Below are positions 9,797-20,063 of a stretch of 64,000 nt of DNA, in pieces (positions within the stretch are counted from its first letter, which is position 1; every line of letters starts with the position of its first letter). The position numbers and the translations under genes are program-made. The DNA is taken from positions 1,408,001 through 1,472,000 of the forward strand of contig CAWEPZ010000011.1 of NCBI GenBank assembly GCA_963811105.1, read 5' to 3'. The notes below the pieces were generated by a model. That model did not search any database, was not told where the DNA came from, and worked only from the letters and a program-made list of their open reading frames with translations. This DNA is from Candidatus Bathyarchaeota archaeon. Its GTDB lineage: Archaea > Thermoproteota > Bathyarchaeia > Bathyarchaeales > Bathycorpusculaceae.

Positions 9797-10888
9797 TTAA
9801 TAGTGAATCTTGGGTTTTAAAACGTTTTCAGCCACTTCTTTACCTGGACAAATCTTCCCTGAAAGTTCAATATTATCTTCAACTTTTGCGTGATCCCCAA
9901 TTATGCAACCGCTACGAATCTTGACTTTTTTTCCAATTCTTGCTCCTTCCCCAATTATCGTCCCGTTAATTGAGGCAAAATCATCTATCTGAACGTTAGG
10001 AAAAATCACCGAGTTGCTTATTTGAACATTTTTTCCTACCCTAACATTTTTTCCTAAAATTGCGTATGGTCCAATAATTGATCTTTCGTCTACGAAAACT
10101 TTTTTATCAAATGCTACTGGATTTCTTATTTCAAAGTTTTCAGCTTTTTTCTGTTTGAGATTTTTAGCCAAGGAATCAAGTATGATTTTGTTTGCGGTCA
10201 AGTATTCTTCCGGTTTCCCTATGTCTATCCATATACCACTGACGAAATGACCATAGAGTTTGCCCTCTTCGGCTAGTTTGGGAAAAACCTCTCTCTCAAC
10301 TGAAACTGCCTTTCCGGGGGGAATGTAGTCAAAGACTTTTGGGCTAAGAACATAGACTCCAGCATTTATCAGGTTGCTTGGTGCTTTGCTCTTAGATGGT
10401 TTTTCTATAAACCGTTTTATGCAGTTACCATTTACTAATTCAGCCACGCCGTATCTACACGGATCTTCAACCTTGCACAGTGCAATCGTCCCTAAAGCTC
10501 CCGAATTAATGTGCGCGTTAATTAGTTCCCTGTAACCAATGTCAGCAAATATGTCTCCGTTCAAGACAATAAATGGCTCATCATGTCCCAAAAGTTTTTC
10601 AGCTTTTTTCACTGGACCCGCAGTTCCCAGAGGCATTTTCGGCGGATCAATCGAGAATCTGATTTTCAATCCATGTCTCGCTGGCCGTTCTTGCTTTATG
10701 TAAAATTGGGTAAGAGCATTAACTGCCATTATAGCTTCATCAACGCCGTTGCCAGATAGTCTTTCAAAAATCCATTCAAGCAATGGTTTGTTAACTATTG
10801 GGAAAAGAGTCTTTGGCCTAGAGCAACTTAGTGGTCGTAGCCTAGTTGCGAAGCCTCCTGCTAAGATTACCGCTTTCAGACGTGTCAC
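9797..10888 (-). CDS. Sugar-1-phosphate nucleotidyltransferase with hexapeptide repeats
   Basis: ILAGGFATRLRPL, LGTAG, NGDI, FIEKP, WIDIG; C-terminal left-handed beta-helix repeats. Confidence 0.9.
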   Translation of the reverse strand: MTRLKAVILAGGFATRLRPLSCSRPKTLFPIVNKPLLEWIFERLSGNGVDEAIMAVNALTQFYIKQERPARHGLKIRFSIDPPKMPLGTAGPVKKAEKLLGHDEPFIVLNGDIFADIGYRELINAHINSGALGTIALCKVEDPCRYGVAELVNGNCIKRFIEKPSKSKAPSNLINAGVYVLSPKVFDYIPPGKAVSVEREVFPKLAEEGKLYGHFVSGIWIDIGKPEEYLTANKIILDSLAKNLKQKKAENFEIRNPVAFDKKVFVDERSIIGPYAILGKNVRVGKNVQISNSVIFPNVQIDDFASINGTIIGEGARIGKKVKIRSGCIIGDHAKVEDNIELSGKICPGKEVAENVLKPKIHY

Positions 10889-10942
10889 CTTATTGTAAGA
10901 GTAATAGTGTATGGCTTGTTTTTATTTAAAGAATTTTGGACT

Positions 10943-12493
10943 TTATTCCCACTCTATTGTTGCAGGAGGTTTATGCGTAATATCATACACCACTCGGGTA
11001 ACTTGTGGAATCTCGTTTGTTATTCGGGTTGAAATTTTTTCAAGTACTGGATATGGAATTTGAGCAAAGTTAGCCGTCATTGCTTCTCGGCTTTCCGCAG
11101 CTCGAACTGCCACTACGTAACCATATGCTCTCGAGTCGCCCTTCACGCCTGTCGCTTTTGTATCTGTTAACACAGCAAAGTATTGCCATAAATGTTCATC
11201 TAAGCCATTTTTCTCAATTTCCTTGCGAACGATAGCATCGGCTTTTTTGGCAACGCTCACTTTTTCTGCAGTTAATTCTCCTATTATGCGTACTGCCAAG
11301 CCTGGCCCCGGGAACGGTTGTCGATTGACAAGTTCTTTGGGTAATCCCAGCATTTTGGCAACTTTGCGCACCTCATCTTTGTAGAGGTCACGGAGAGGTT
11401 CAACTATTTTTTTGAATTTAATTTTTAATGGTAATCCTGCAACATTATGATGCGATTTTATAACGTTTGAGTTCTTTCGGATACCTGATTCAATTCTGTC
11501 TGGGTATATTGTGCCTTGAAGCAGGTATTGGGCGCCAGCCTTTTCAGCGATTTCCTCGAAAACTCGGATGAACTCTTCTCCAATTACTTTTCGTTTCATT
11601 TCGGGATCTGCGACGCCTTTGAGTTTCTGCATAAACCGTTCTTGTGCATTAGCTACTATGAAGTTGATTGAGAATTTTTGGAAGGTCTCTCTGATTGCTT
11701 CAGGTTCGCCTTCCCTCATGAACCCATGGTCTACAAAAACTGCAGTTAACTTATCCCCAAGTGCTTGGGCTGCAAGTGCAGTAGCGACACTTGAGTCTAT
11801 GCCTCCGCTTAGACCTATGATAGCTCGGCTCGCGCCGATTTCCGATTTTATTTCTGTAACCATTTTTCCGATTAAGTCTTCCATTTGCCAGTTCGCTTGG
11901 CATTTGCAAACTTGAAAAATAAAGTTGCGGAGCATGCGCATTCCGTTTTCTGTGTGAATAACTTCTGGGTGCCATTGTAAGCCATAAATTGGTTTTTGCT
12001 TATGTCTAAAGGCGGCGACGGGACAGTTTTCGGTGTGAGCTAATGCTTCATAGTCAGGTGATAGAGCAAAAACTGTGTCGCCATGGCTCATCCAAACTTT
12101 CTCTTTCTCACTTAACCCTTCCAGGACTCCCACGGGTTTATCGACAGATATTTGCGCAACGCCATATTCTTTGCAGGTTGCTGGTTCAACTTTGCCATTG
12201 GTTAATTGAGCCAAAAGCTGGTGACCATAACATAAGCCTAGAATCGGCAGATTTACCTCTAAAATACGAGGGTGAAGTTTAGGCGCGTTTGGTTCGTAAA
12301 CGCTTGCGGGTCCTCCTGAAAGAATTAAGCCTCTAACGTTGAATTTCTCTTTTAGGGATGCCACTTCTTCGGGTGATATATCGTAGGGAACAATTTCTGA
12401 GTAGACGCCGTTTTCTCTGATTCTTCTGCCGATAAGATGGCAGTATTGTCCCCCAAAATCCAATACGAGTATGGTGTCATATTTTACTTGCAT
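10943..12493 (-). CDS. guaA: GMP synthase (glutamine-hydrolysing), fused GATase and ATPPase domains
   Basis: LDFGGQY, GLCYGHQ, QWHPEV, SGGIDS, IKSHHNV, KPPATIEWE. Confidence 0.97.
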   Translation of the reverse strand: MQVKYDTILVLDFGGQYCHLIGRRIRENGVYSEIVPYDISPEEVASLKEKFNVRGLILSGGPASVYEPNAPKLHPRILEVNLPILGLCYGHQLLAQLTNGKVEPATCKEYGVAQISVDKPVGVLEGLSEKEKVWMSHGDTVFALSPDYEALAHTENCPVAAFRHKQKPIYGLQWHPEVIHTENGMRMLRNFIFQVCKCQANWQMEDLIGKMVTEIKSEIGASRAIIGLSGGIDSSVATALAAQALGDKLTAVFVDHGFMREGEPEAIRETFQKFSINFIVANAQERFMQKLKGVADPEMKRKVIGEEFIRVFEEIAEKAGAQYLLQGTIYPDRIESGIRKNSNVIKSHHNVAGLPLKIKFKKIVEPLRDLYKDEVRKVAKMLGLPKELVNRQPFPGPGLAVRIIGELTAEKVSVAKKADAIVRKEIEKNGLDEHLWQYFAVLTDTKATGVKGDSRAYGYVVAVRAAESREAMTANFAQIPYPVLEKISTRITNEIPQVTRVVYDITHKPPATIEWE

Positions 12494-12691
12494 TGCAGTG
12501 GCTCAAAACTATTGGGGTTGGTGCGGTAATTTAAGATTACTATCCGATAAGCACCAAAATCCAAAGTAGCTATAACGTCCTTTAATCTTCATATTCTTAA
12601 CTTTAGCATTTGATGAATTGCAGAAAAAACTAAACTTTTATTAATGCAATCATACGATATTAAAACTAATGTCTCATAAAGGCCAATTAAA

Positions 12692-13162
12692 TTGAAAAAA
12701 CGTGCAGGAAATAAGAGTATGGAACTAAATGAAACAGACTTAAAAATTCTTAAAGGCCTATTAGAAGATGCAAGGTTTTCAAGTAGACAAATAGCCAAAA
12801 CTGTAGGCGTTTCAGTCGGAACCGTTTTGTCTAGAATCAAGAAAATGGAAGATGAAGGCCTCATTAAGGGCTACTCAGTATTGCTTGACCATGAAAAACT
12901 CGGTTACCAGCTAACAGTTGTTACTGAGATCACAGTTTCAAAGGGCAGGCTTGTCGAAACCGAGCAAGAAATTGCTAAAATTTCCAATGTCTGCAGCGTC
13001 TACGACGTCACAGGCTTAACAGATGCTATCATTGTTGCAAAGTTTAAAAGCAGAGAGGACCTTGGCGCATTCACTAAGAAATTGCTTTCTTTGCCATACA
13101 TTGAACGGACAAACACGCACGTAGTATTAACTACAGTGAAAGAAAACTTCCGCTTGCTATAA
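12692..13162 (+). CDS. Lrp/AsnC family transcriptional regulator (start probably 12719)
   Basis: DLKILKGLLEDARFSSRQIA HTH, YDVTGLTD, RTNTHVVL. Confidence 0.92.
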   Translation: MKKRAGNKSMELNETDLKILKGLLEDARFSSRQIAKTVGVSVGTVLSRIKKMEDEGLIKGYSVLLDHEKLGYQLTVVTEITVSKGRLVETEQEIAKISNVCSVYDVTGLTDAIIVAKFKSREDLGAFTKKLLSLPYIERTNTHVVLTTVKENFRLL

Positions 13163-13167
13163 TTAAC

Positions 13168-14238
13168 CTATTTTTCGTTATGGTTTTCTTTTTTATAATT
13201 TTGCTCAGGTGTAGCAATCGTGATTTTTGTATCTGAGGCAACTGATGATGTTATCCAGACATTTCCGCCTATGACAACGTTATCGCCAATTACGGCATCC
13301 GGTCCAAGCAAGGTTGCACCTGAATATATAACAACGTTGTTTCCAACTGTAGGATGTCTTTTTCTTCCTTTGATAATGTTGCCTTTCTCATCTTTCGGAA
13401 AACTTAATGCGCCCAGAGTCACGCCTTGGTAGAGTTTTACATTGTCACCAATTTCTGTGGTTTCACCAATGACTACTCCAGTTCCGTGGTCGATGAAGAA
13501 GTTTTTGCCTATTTTTGCTCCTGGATGAATATCTATGCCTGTCAAGGAATGCATGTGCTCACTCATTATTCTGGGAATCAAGGGTATTCCACGAAGATAT
13601 AGTTCATGGGCTATTCTGTAAGTTGTTATAGCTAAAACGCATGGGTAACTTAGGATCACTTCTTCCGTGCTTACTGCTGCGGGGTCTCCTGCGTAAGCGG
13701 CTTGGACGTCTCCGCTTAACATGGAGCGTATTTCAGGAAGTTTATCAAGAAGTTCTTTGACAACAATGTTGGCTCTTTTTCGGCATACGTCCTGAGGGCA
13801 CTCACTTATTTTTCTGCAAATATACTTGAGGCTTTTCTCAACTTCTTCGGTTAGTCGGGCGTACACTGAGGCTAGGGTTGTTCCAAGATAATACTGTACG
13901 TTGGCTTTGGTGATTTCTTCTTTACCCAAATATCCGGGGAACAAAATTGTGAATAAGTCCTCTAATACTTCGGTGACTACTTTTTTTGAGGGAAGATCTC
14001 GTCCTTCAAGATGGTCCATGCCGCCGAAAGTTTGGTAATTACTTACCATTTTGTTTACTAATTTTGGTAAGCCTTTTTCAACCCAGTTCTGATCCTCTTC
14101 GTCATTATTACGCATCAAGATGTCTAGCATTCTGTCTGGGTTCCAGCAGTCCACTTCCAGATTCTTATCAGTGCATTGTTCTTTATCATTACATTGTTCG
14201 CATTCTTTAAGGCGCGGTTGGTTATCCTTTGTTGTCAT
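13168..14238 (-). CDS. cysE: Serine O-acetyltransferase (long EpsC type) with a Cys-rich N-terminal extension
   Basis: [41 protein letters not shown]. Confidence 0.92.
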   Translation of the reverse strand: MTTKDNQPRLKECEQCNDKEQCTDKNLEVDCWNPDRMLDILMRNNDEEDQNWVEKGLPKLVNKMVSNYQTFGGMDHLEGRDLPSKKVVTEVLEDLFTILFPGYLGKEEITKANVQYYLGTTLASVYARLTEEVEKSLKYICRKISECPQDVCRKRANIVVKELLDKLPEIRSMLSGDVQAAYAGDPAAVSTEEVILSYPCVLAITTYRIAHELYLRGIPLIPRIMSEHMHSLTGIDIHPGAKIGKNFFIDHGTGVVIGETTEIGDNVKLYQGVTLGALSFPKDEKGNIIKGRKRHPTVGNNVVIYSGATLLGPDAVIGDNVVIGGNVWITSSVASDTKITIATPEQNYKKENHNEK

Positions 14239-14313
14239 TTTGCTTACCTTCTTCTCAATAATTAAAAAGGGGGAATATAAGAGAAGCTCCTTGAAAAAGA
14301 GAAAAAACAGGAA

Positions 14314-15276
14314 TTAGATGCTAGAGTTTGTGCTTGAGACTGTCTCTTGGAACAAGACTGTACTTAGGTAACGCTCACCTGTATCTGGAAGAATGGCAAC
14401 TATTAGTTTTCCTTTGTTTTCAGCTCGTTTCGCAATTTCAAGCGCGGCAAAGACTGCTGCACCTGACGATATGCCTACAAGTAAGCCTTCTTTTAGCACC
14501 AGTTGCCTTGCGGTTTGAATTGCGTCTTCATCTTTTACTTTGAAAATTTCATCCACTAAGTCAAGCTTTAATACATCTGGTTTGAAACCTGCTCCTATAC
14601 CTTGAATTTTGTGTGGCCCTTTTAGTCCACCGCTTAGGACTGGTGAAGATGCAGGTTCTACGGCTACAGCTTTGAACGCAGGTTTAAGGGGTTTAATATA
14701 TTGAGCTATACCTGTTATGGTTCCCCCTGTTCCAACTCCGGCAACTACAATGTCAACTTTGCCATCGGTGTCTTCCCAAATTTCTGGTCCAGTGGTTTCT
14801 CTGTGAACTTTTGGATTAGCTAGATTCTTAAATTGTTGGGGAACGAAGCTGTTTGGTGTTTGCGCGGCTATTTCGTCTGCTTTTTTAATAGCGCCACCCA
14901 TGCCGTCTGGTCCTGATGTGAGAACGAGTTGTGCGCCGTAAGCTTTGAGCAAATTGCGTCGCTCAATGCTCATGGTTTCTGGCATTGTCAGTATTAGTTT
15001 GTAGCCTTTCACGGCTGCTACCATGGCTAAGCCGATGCCTGTGTTGCCGCTTGTAGGTTCAATAATGGTGGTGTCTGGCTTGATTAGGCCTTGTTTTTCT
15101 GCTTCGATTATCATGCTTAGGCAGATGCGGTCTTTGACGCTTCCTCCGGGGTTGCGTGCTTCGAGTTTGACTGCTACGGTGGCGTTTGAGTCTTGGGTTA
15201 GTTTGTTTAGCTTTACTATTGGTGTTTTTCCTATTGTTTCGAGGACGTTGTTGTAGATTCTTGTCGTGTTTATCAC
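14314..15276 (-). CDS. cysK: Cysteine synthase A
   Basis: NPGGSVKDR (PLP lysine), [31 protein letters not shown]. Confidence 0.97.
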   Translation of the reverse strand: MINTTRIYNNVLETIGKTPIVKLNKLTQDSNATVAVKLEARNPGGSVKDRICLSMIIEAEKQGLIKPDTTIIEPTSGNTGIGLAMVAAVKGYKLILTMPETMSIERRNLLKAYGAQLVLTSGPDGMGGAIKKADEIAAQTPNSFVPQQFKNLANPKVHRETTGPEIWEDTDGKVDIVVAGVGTGGTITGIAQYIKPLKPAFKAVAVEPASSPVLSGGLKGPHKIQGIGAGFKPDVLKLDLVDEIFKVKDEDAIQTARQLVLKEGLLVGISSGAAVFAALEIAKRAENKGKLIVAILPDTGERYLSTVLFQETVSSTNSSI

Positions 15277-15455
15277 CTAATTATAACACTGTTATAATTC
15301 TGAGGGAAATAAACTTTACTCCCTCAACAAAATATGCAGCAAATTCACGGTAATAAACAAATCTAACAAGTAGTCGTCCTAAACCAAAAAGTAAAGTCTT
15401 TAAATGCCATAACTAATTCTATATTCCGCCAGCCTCAATAAACAAAAAGATACTT

Positions 15456-15540
15456 GCGGAGGTCGCCCAGCATGGCCAAAGGCGTAGGACTGAGGCTCCT
15501 ATCCCGCAGGGGTTCGTGGGTTCAAATCCCACCCTCCGCA
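15456..15540 (+). tRNA. tRNA-Leu (anticodon GAG), no intron, CCA not encoded
   Basis: GCGGAGG/CCTCCGC acceptor stem, TAGGA-CTGAGGC-TCCTA anticodon arm, long variable arm, GTTCAAATC T-loop. Confidence 0.95.
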
Positions 15541-15809
15541 CTTCGTTTTACTCGCTGTTTTCGCCCATTTTAAGCCCGTTTTGAGCTTAAAGCGGTAGAA
15601 ATTTAACATCAAAATGAAGGGTAGTTTGAGGTTTCACTTGAGCGTTTGAACTGTCATTTCTTAAGCGTTGTTTCTTTTCTTAAGAAGAGGTCTTTTCTGG
15701 TTTTAAAATTTTGTTATCGATAATTGATTATGGTTATTGGAAAACCTTATATCCATAGGCAGCCAACACTTACTTTGTAAGTATCTAAACTCTTACGTCT
15801 GGATGGCAA

Positions 15810-16283
15810 GTGAAAATGAGTCTAAGTTTAGCATATTTAACCCTAAAGCAAAGACAGATGTGGGACCTCAAAAGCAACGGAATTCCAGAAGCAACCATCG
15901 CCCGCAAACTAAACATAACCCGACAAACAGTCCACCAAACCCTCGACATTGCCCACCTCAAAATCGACGAAGCCCTCAAAGAAGTAGCAAAAATCAACAA
16001 AATCGACATAGAAACACTCAACGCAAATAGAGGATTCCTAACAGGATACAGCAGCCACTTCAAAACCCCAGCCTTCATAACCTTCTCAGCAAAAAACGGC
16101 GTTCAAGTCTGGTACAAACATGAAGGGGACTGCGAAAAATGCAACAAACTCCAAGTATGCAGAGATGCCCTGCTTGCAGAGGCTAAAGACCGCAACTTCC
16201 TGCTCTTAGACGATACTAGCAAGATTTTGCCATCCAAATTAGCAGAAGCATTATTCGCTAAGATAACAGGTGAAGAAATATGA
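15810..16283 (+). CDS. HTH (sigma-70 region-4-like) regulator with a C-terminal H-x3-CxxC-x5-C motif
   Basis: LTLKQRQMWDLKSNGIPEATIARKLNITRQTVHQTL HTH; VWYKHEGDCEKCNKLQVC. Confidence 0.8.
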   Translation: MKMSLSLAYLTLKQRQMWDLKSNGIPEATIARKLNITRQTVHQTLDIAHLKIDEALKEVAKINKIDIETLNANRGFLTGYSSHFKTPAFITFSAKNGVQVWYKHEGDCEKCNKLQVCRDALLAEAKDRNFLLLDDTSKILPSKLAEALFAKITGEEI

Positions 16284-17671
16284 GCATACGAAAGTTAATT
16301 AGAAATCTCAGAAATTGGTGTCCACAACCCTCAACCCCACTGCCTTCAAAACTAAAACGATATTCAATGCCTATAGCTGCTGTAATTACAGCTACCCTTA
16401 TTTTCACAATTTCATTTTCGGTGTTTTCTCCAAGCCTTATGTCTCATCCATCCGCCCCAATTGTGCCCTTAGTCAATTCGGGCAACAGCGGTTCTGCGAG
16501 CAATGACTGGTCAATGTTCCATGCAGACTCGTCTCATAGTGGTGTTGCAACTAGCAATCCAGTGCTCACTCCAACGCTAATTTGGAAATACACCGCTGGC
16601 AACTCTATTGCTTCATCACCTGCAGTAAGCAATGGCGTTGTGTACATAGGCTCAGATGATAAAAATCTCTATGCCTTAAATGCTACAAGTGGCGATAAAC
16701 TTTGGAACTTTTCCATCGGGGGTATCTTTCCAGGTGGCAGTATTCCGCCAACCGTTGCTTCCTCCCCCGCTGTTGCCAACGGTATAGTCTACATAGGCTC
16801 ACTCGATTACAACATTTACGCAGTGAACGCCACCACTGGGGAAAAGCTCTGGAATTATACTACCGGTGACTTGATTATTTCGTCTCCAACTGTTGTAAAT
16901 GGTGTTGTCTACATAGGTTCCGATGACCAAAACGTTTATGCTCTTAATGCTACTAATGGCGATAAACTTTGGAACTACATAACGCCTTTCTATGTTGGCT
17001 CATCACCTGCTGTTGTTGATAATGTGGTCTATGTAGGCTCATGGTTTGGCGACGTTTATGCATTGAATGCCGCAAATGGTGCCAAGCTTTGGAATTATAC
17101 CACTGGTGGTTCAGGCACGGAACTTGTTTCTTCGCCATCCGTTGTCAATGGCGTGGTATACATTGGAGGCGGCGGTAACACAATTTTTGCCTTGAACGTT
17201 GATAGTGGAGCTCAACTCTGGAATTACAGCACAGATGGCTATGTTGAGTCATCGCCTGCTGTTAGCGATGGCATAGTGTACATAGGTTCTCATGATGGCA
17301 ACGTTTATGCTTTGGACGCTGCAAGTGGCGATAAGTTGTGGAATTATACCATAGGAGACTCTATTCTTTCATCCCCTGCGATTAACGACGGCACTATTTA
17401 CATAGGCGGCGAAAATGCAGTTTATGCATTAAGCGTTACTAATGACACAAAACTCTGGAGCTACAATACTGGTAATTACGTCGGGTCATCTCCTGCAATC
17501 GTCAACGGTATACTGTACATTGCTGGCGGTAACAACACTTACGCTTTCGGAGGTTCTGCACCGACTGCATCCCCAAACATCCAACTCCTTGTAATCCCAA
17601 TTGTGGTTGTAGTAGTAATTGTTGCTCTAATAGCTGTTGTAATATTTAAAAAGAAAATAGCTTCAGTGTGA
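16280..17671 (+). CDS. Membrane-anchored PQQ-like (BamB-type) beta-propeller surface protein with an N-terminal WCP leader
   Basis: About 8 repeats of WNYTTG..SSPAVxNGVVYIGS.D.NVYALNA..G..L; hydrophobic segment after RNWCPQP; C-terminal TM plus KKK; many N-x-S/T sequons; ATGA overlap with the HTH gene. Confidence 0.88.
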   Translation: MSIRKLIRNLRNWCPQPSTPLPSKLKRYSMPIAAVITATLIFTISFSVFSPSLMSHPSAPIVPLVNSGNSGSASNDWSMFHADSSHSGVATSNPVLTPTLIWKYTAGNSIASSPAVSNGVVYIGSDDKNLYALNATSGDKLWNFSIGGIFPGGSIPPTVASSPAVANGIVYIGSLDYNIYAVNATTGEKLWNYTTGDLIISSPTVVNGVVYIGSDDQNVYALNATNGDKLWNYITPFYVGSSPAVVDNVVYVGSWFGDVYALNAANGAKLWNYTTGGSGTELVSSPSVVNGVVYIGGGGNTIFALNVDSGAQLWNYSTDGYVESSPAVSDGIVYIGSHDGNVYALDAASGDKLWNYTIGDSILSSPAINDGTIYIGGENAVYALSVTNDTKLWSYNTGNYVGSSPAIVNGILYIAGGNNTYAFGGSAPTASPNIQLLVIPIVVVVVIVALIAVVIFKKKIASV

Positions 17672-17677
17672 ATAGGA

Positions 17678-17919
17678 ATGGATTTGCGTAAGAGATTTAG
17701 TGAGAATCCAGGTATAACTGGCTTAGATAACGCATATTATCTTGCTAAAACTGAACCTGCTTGCCGCCGCCGTCATTAACGCCAACTCCCCCAGTCACTA
17801 TGCCGTCTCCTTTTGCATTTTTTTCTTTTCCTACCCTATTGGTTATTGGAGGTTTAGTCGCAGTCGTAATTGTTGCTACTGTGGTTATCTTAATGCTCAA
17901 AAAGAAAATGACAGTTTAA
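17678..17919 (+). pseudogene. Internally deleted, frameshifted surface-protein remnant
   Basis: MDLRKRF...YYLAKTEPA, then a frameshift to LPPPSLTPTPP...FPTLLVIGGLVAVVIVATVVILMLKKKMTV* (Pro/Thr linker, TM anchor and basic tail like the upstream gene). Confidence 0.6.
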
Positions 17920-18166
17920 ACGATAGTGTAAAGCTTACCCTCCGCACCAAAATTCAGGCACATTATGGGGTTAATTTGATAAAATAAACTCAATTTATAG
18001 TTTTGTGAGAGTAGGCTAAAAATTGAACACAAGTTTACCCGTAAAAAATGTTTTACCATTTCCACTGAGCTAACGCGAGAGAGAGTCATCGTAGTCGTTC
18101 GTGTTCGTGATTTGGGTTTGGTTGGTCGGATTGAAATTTTAGTCCCACACACAGGGCGCACGCTTT

Positions 18167-19030
18167 TCAAGCACTGTTTTTGGCTGGTGTCTTTTCAATC
18201 TCTAAGCTAGCAACGTACTCACGGTCTTTTGGCGGATTCTTATCTCTCTCTTCTTCAAACACGATTTTGGTTTTCCAACCCATATGTTCGGCCGCAAGCT
18301 GCAAATGGCAAATAGCAATACCCACATTGACAGGGAAATAGCTCCCACCGACGATGCTTCTAAAAAACCCGGATTTGGAAGAATAGGCGTGAATCAAATT
18401 CTTATCTCCGGTAAAGTACCAATTCTGTAAGTTGACTGCGGATGGAGCCAGACGGGCAGGTTCCAACAATTCATCAGCACACTCAATATTGGTTATCTCC
18501 GAGAGAGGTTTCCTCTTAAATTGCGAAACACTGGTCCTGTAGAGTGTTTCCCTGGAATTTCCGAACGACATCAAAATGATAAATTCAAGATTTGAAGACT
18601 CCGTTACTTCTTTAACGGGCTGAGGAATCCCCAGCCAGCAACTGCCTATGCCAGTCGCTGAAAAATAAAGATCCATTTGCTGTAGCATAAAACCGATGTT
18701 AGTCTTATAAGCGTCCTTTGCTTCGGAGAATGCTGCAATAAAGTGGGGTGCTTTGTTCATGCTTTTTCTGGAAACTTGATCCGGCGAAATAATCTTGAAC
18801 TCTGTCTTAATTCCCTTGGACATCGGCTTTAAAGCGCTCAAGTTCTCCGAAATCTCTTCTAGATGATTTTGATCAATTGGAGCTGAATCATAATTCCTAA
18901 TTGATTTTCTCTTGAAAATCACTTCGTATAGCTCATTCTCATTCATTTTCTCACACAGAATAATCACAAGTTGACTGCTAGTAAAAGCTTCCTCTGCAGA
19001 GTGTACTACAAGAGTAACAAGGTCTATCAA
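18167..19030 (-). CDS. Nitroreductase family protein (start probably MNENEL near 18945)
   Basis: IFKRKSIRNY, GIGSCWLG, ARLAPSAVNLQNW. Confidence 0.85.
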   Translation of the reverse strand: MIDLVTLVVHSAEEAFTSSQLVIILCEKMNENELYEVIFKRKSIRNYDSAPIDQNHLEEISENLSALKPMSKGIKTEFKIISPDQVSRKSMNKAPHFIAAFSEAKDAYKTNIGFMLQQMDLYFSATGIGSCWLGIPQPVKEVTESSNLEFIILMSFGNSRETLYRTSVSQFKRKPLSEITNIECADELLEPARLAPSAVNLQNWYFTGDKNLIHAYSSKSGFFRSIVGGSYFPVNVGIAICHLQLAAEHMGWKTKIVFEEERDKNPPKDREYVASLEIEKTPAKNSA

Positions 19031-19250
19031 GCTAATAGTTCCAGTTCCCCGGGTTTTTTGGGTTTGGGGACTAAAATTTTAATACTTTTCCCAACCCTAA
19101 CCCAAATATTATGACGAAGAAAACTATTTTTTTGTTGTGGTAAATGGAATTTTTTGTGTTTGTGTGCGAATTGAGTTGATATGGATTTGGAATTCACAAA
19201 GATTAATTTGTTGAGACAGATGTCTTTGACTGCTGTGAGCGGATGCTGAT

Positions 19251-20063
19251 TTGTCCGGAAATTTAGCATTGGAGCCTTTGGTTGAGATCTCAGGTATTTC
19301 AGTGCAGTTCGGATCTTTTTTAGCTTTAGACAATTTGAGTTTGAGAGTTATGTCTGGAGAAGTTTTTGGGTTATTAGGTCCAAACGGTGCGGGCAAGACG
19401 ACAGCGATTAAGGTTTTGATGGGGTTAGTGGCGCCTTCTTTGGGCAATGTGAAGGTGTGCGGTTTTGATCCAGTCCTGCAGCCTGTAGATGTCAAGTCGC
19501 GTATTGGCTACGTTGCTGAAAACTCTATCGTGTATGAGAGTTTGTCTCCTAGAGATTTTTTTGAATTCGTAGTATCAATGCGCAAAATAGATCAGGCCGA
19601 TGCTAATCGGGTTGTGTCTCGATTGGCTGAGGTTTTTGATTTAGCACAGTATTTTGATTCACCGATCGCAACTTTGTCTATGGGACTTAAGCAGAAAGTG
19701 GCTTTAATTGCAGCATTTATTCATCAGCCGCCTGTTTTGCTTTTAGATGAGCCTTTAAACGGATTAGATGCAAAAAGCAGCAGAGTGGTCAAAGACTTAA
19801 TGTCTTTGCATGTACAAAGGGGTGGAGCGGTTTTGTTTTCTACCCACATAATGGAGATTGCTGAGCATCTCTGCACAAGAATTGGAATTATTGATCATGG
19901 CAAGATGATTGCTGAGGGAACGCTAGAGCAGTTAAGAAACAAAACTGATGGCAAGGGTTCTTCTTTGGAAGAGGTTTTTTTGAAGTTAACCAATGAGGAT
20001 GCCGCAGTCGCCGTAAGAACAAGGATGCTTCGGGAGGCATTCTTTGGTAATGAAGCTCACTGA
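19251..20063 (+). CDS. ABC transporter ATP-binding protein (ABC-2 exporter type)
   Basis: GPNGAGKTT, LSMGLKQK, LLLDEP, STH. Confidence 0.93.
   Translation: MSGNLALEPLVEISGISVQFGSFLALDNLSLRVMSGEVFGLLGPNGAGKTTAIKVLMGLVAPSLGNVKVCGFDPVLQPVDVKSRIGYVAENSIVYESLSPRDFFEFVVSMRKIDQADANRVVSRLAEVFDLAQYFDSPIATLSMGLKQKVALIAAFIHQPPVLLLDEPLNGLDAKSSRVVKDLMSLHVQRGGAVLFSTHIMEIAEHLCTRIGIIDHGKMIAEGTLEQLRNKTDGKGSSLEEVFLKLTNEDAAVAVRTRMLREAFFGNEAH

Noticed and set aside
16500-17550. Repeats of ~120 bp as a possible CRISPR array or diversity-generating cassette
   Set aside because: They are degenerate in-frame beta-propeller blades with no identical repeats or unique spacers; no cas or reverse transcriptase gene is present
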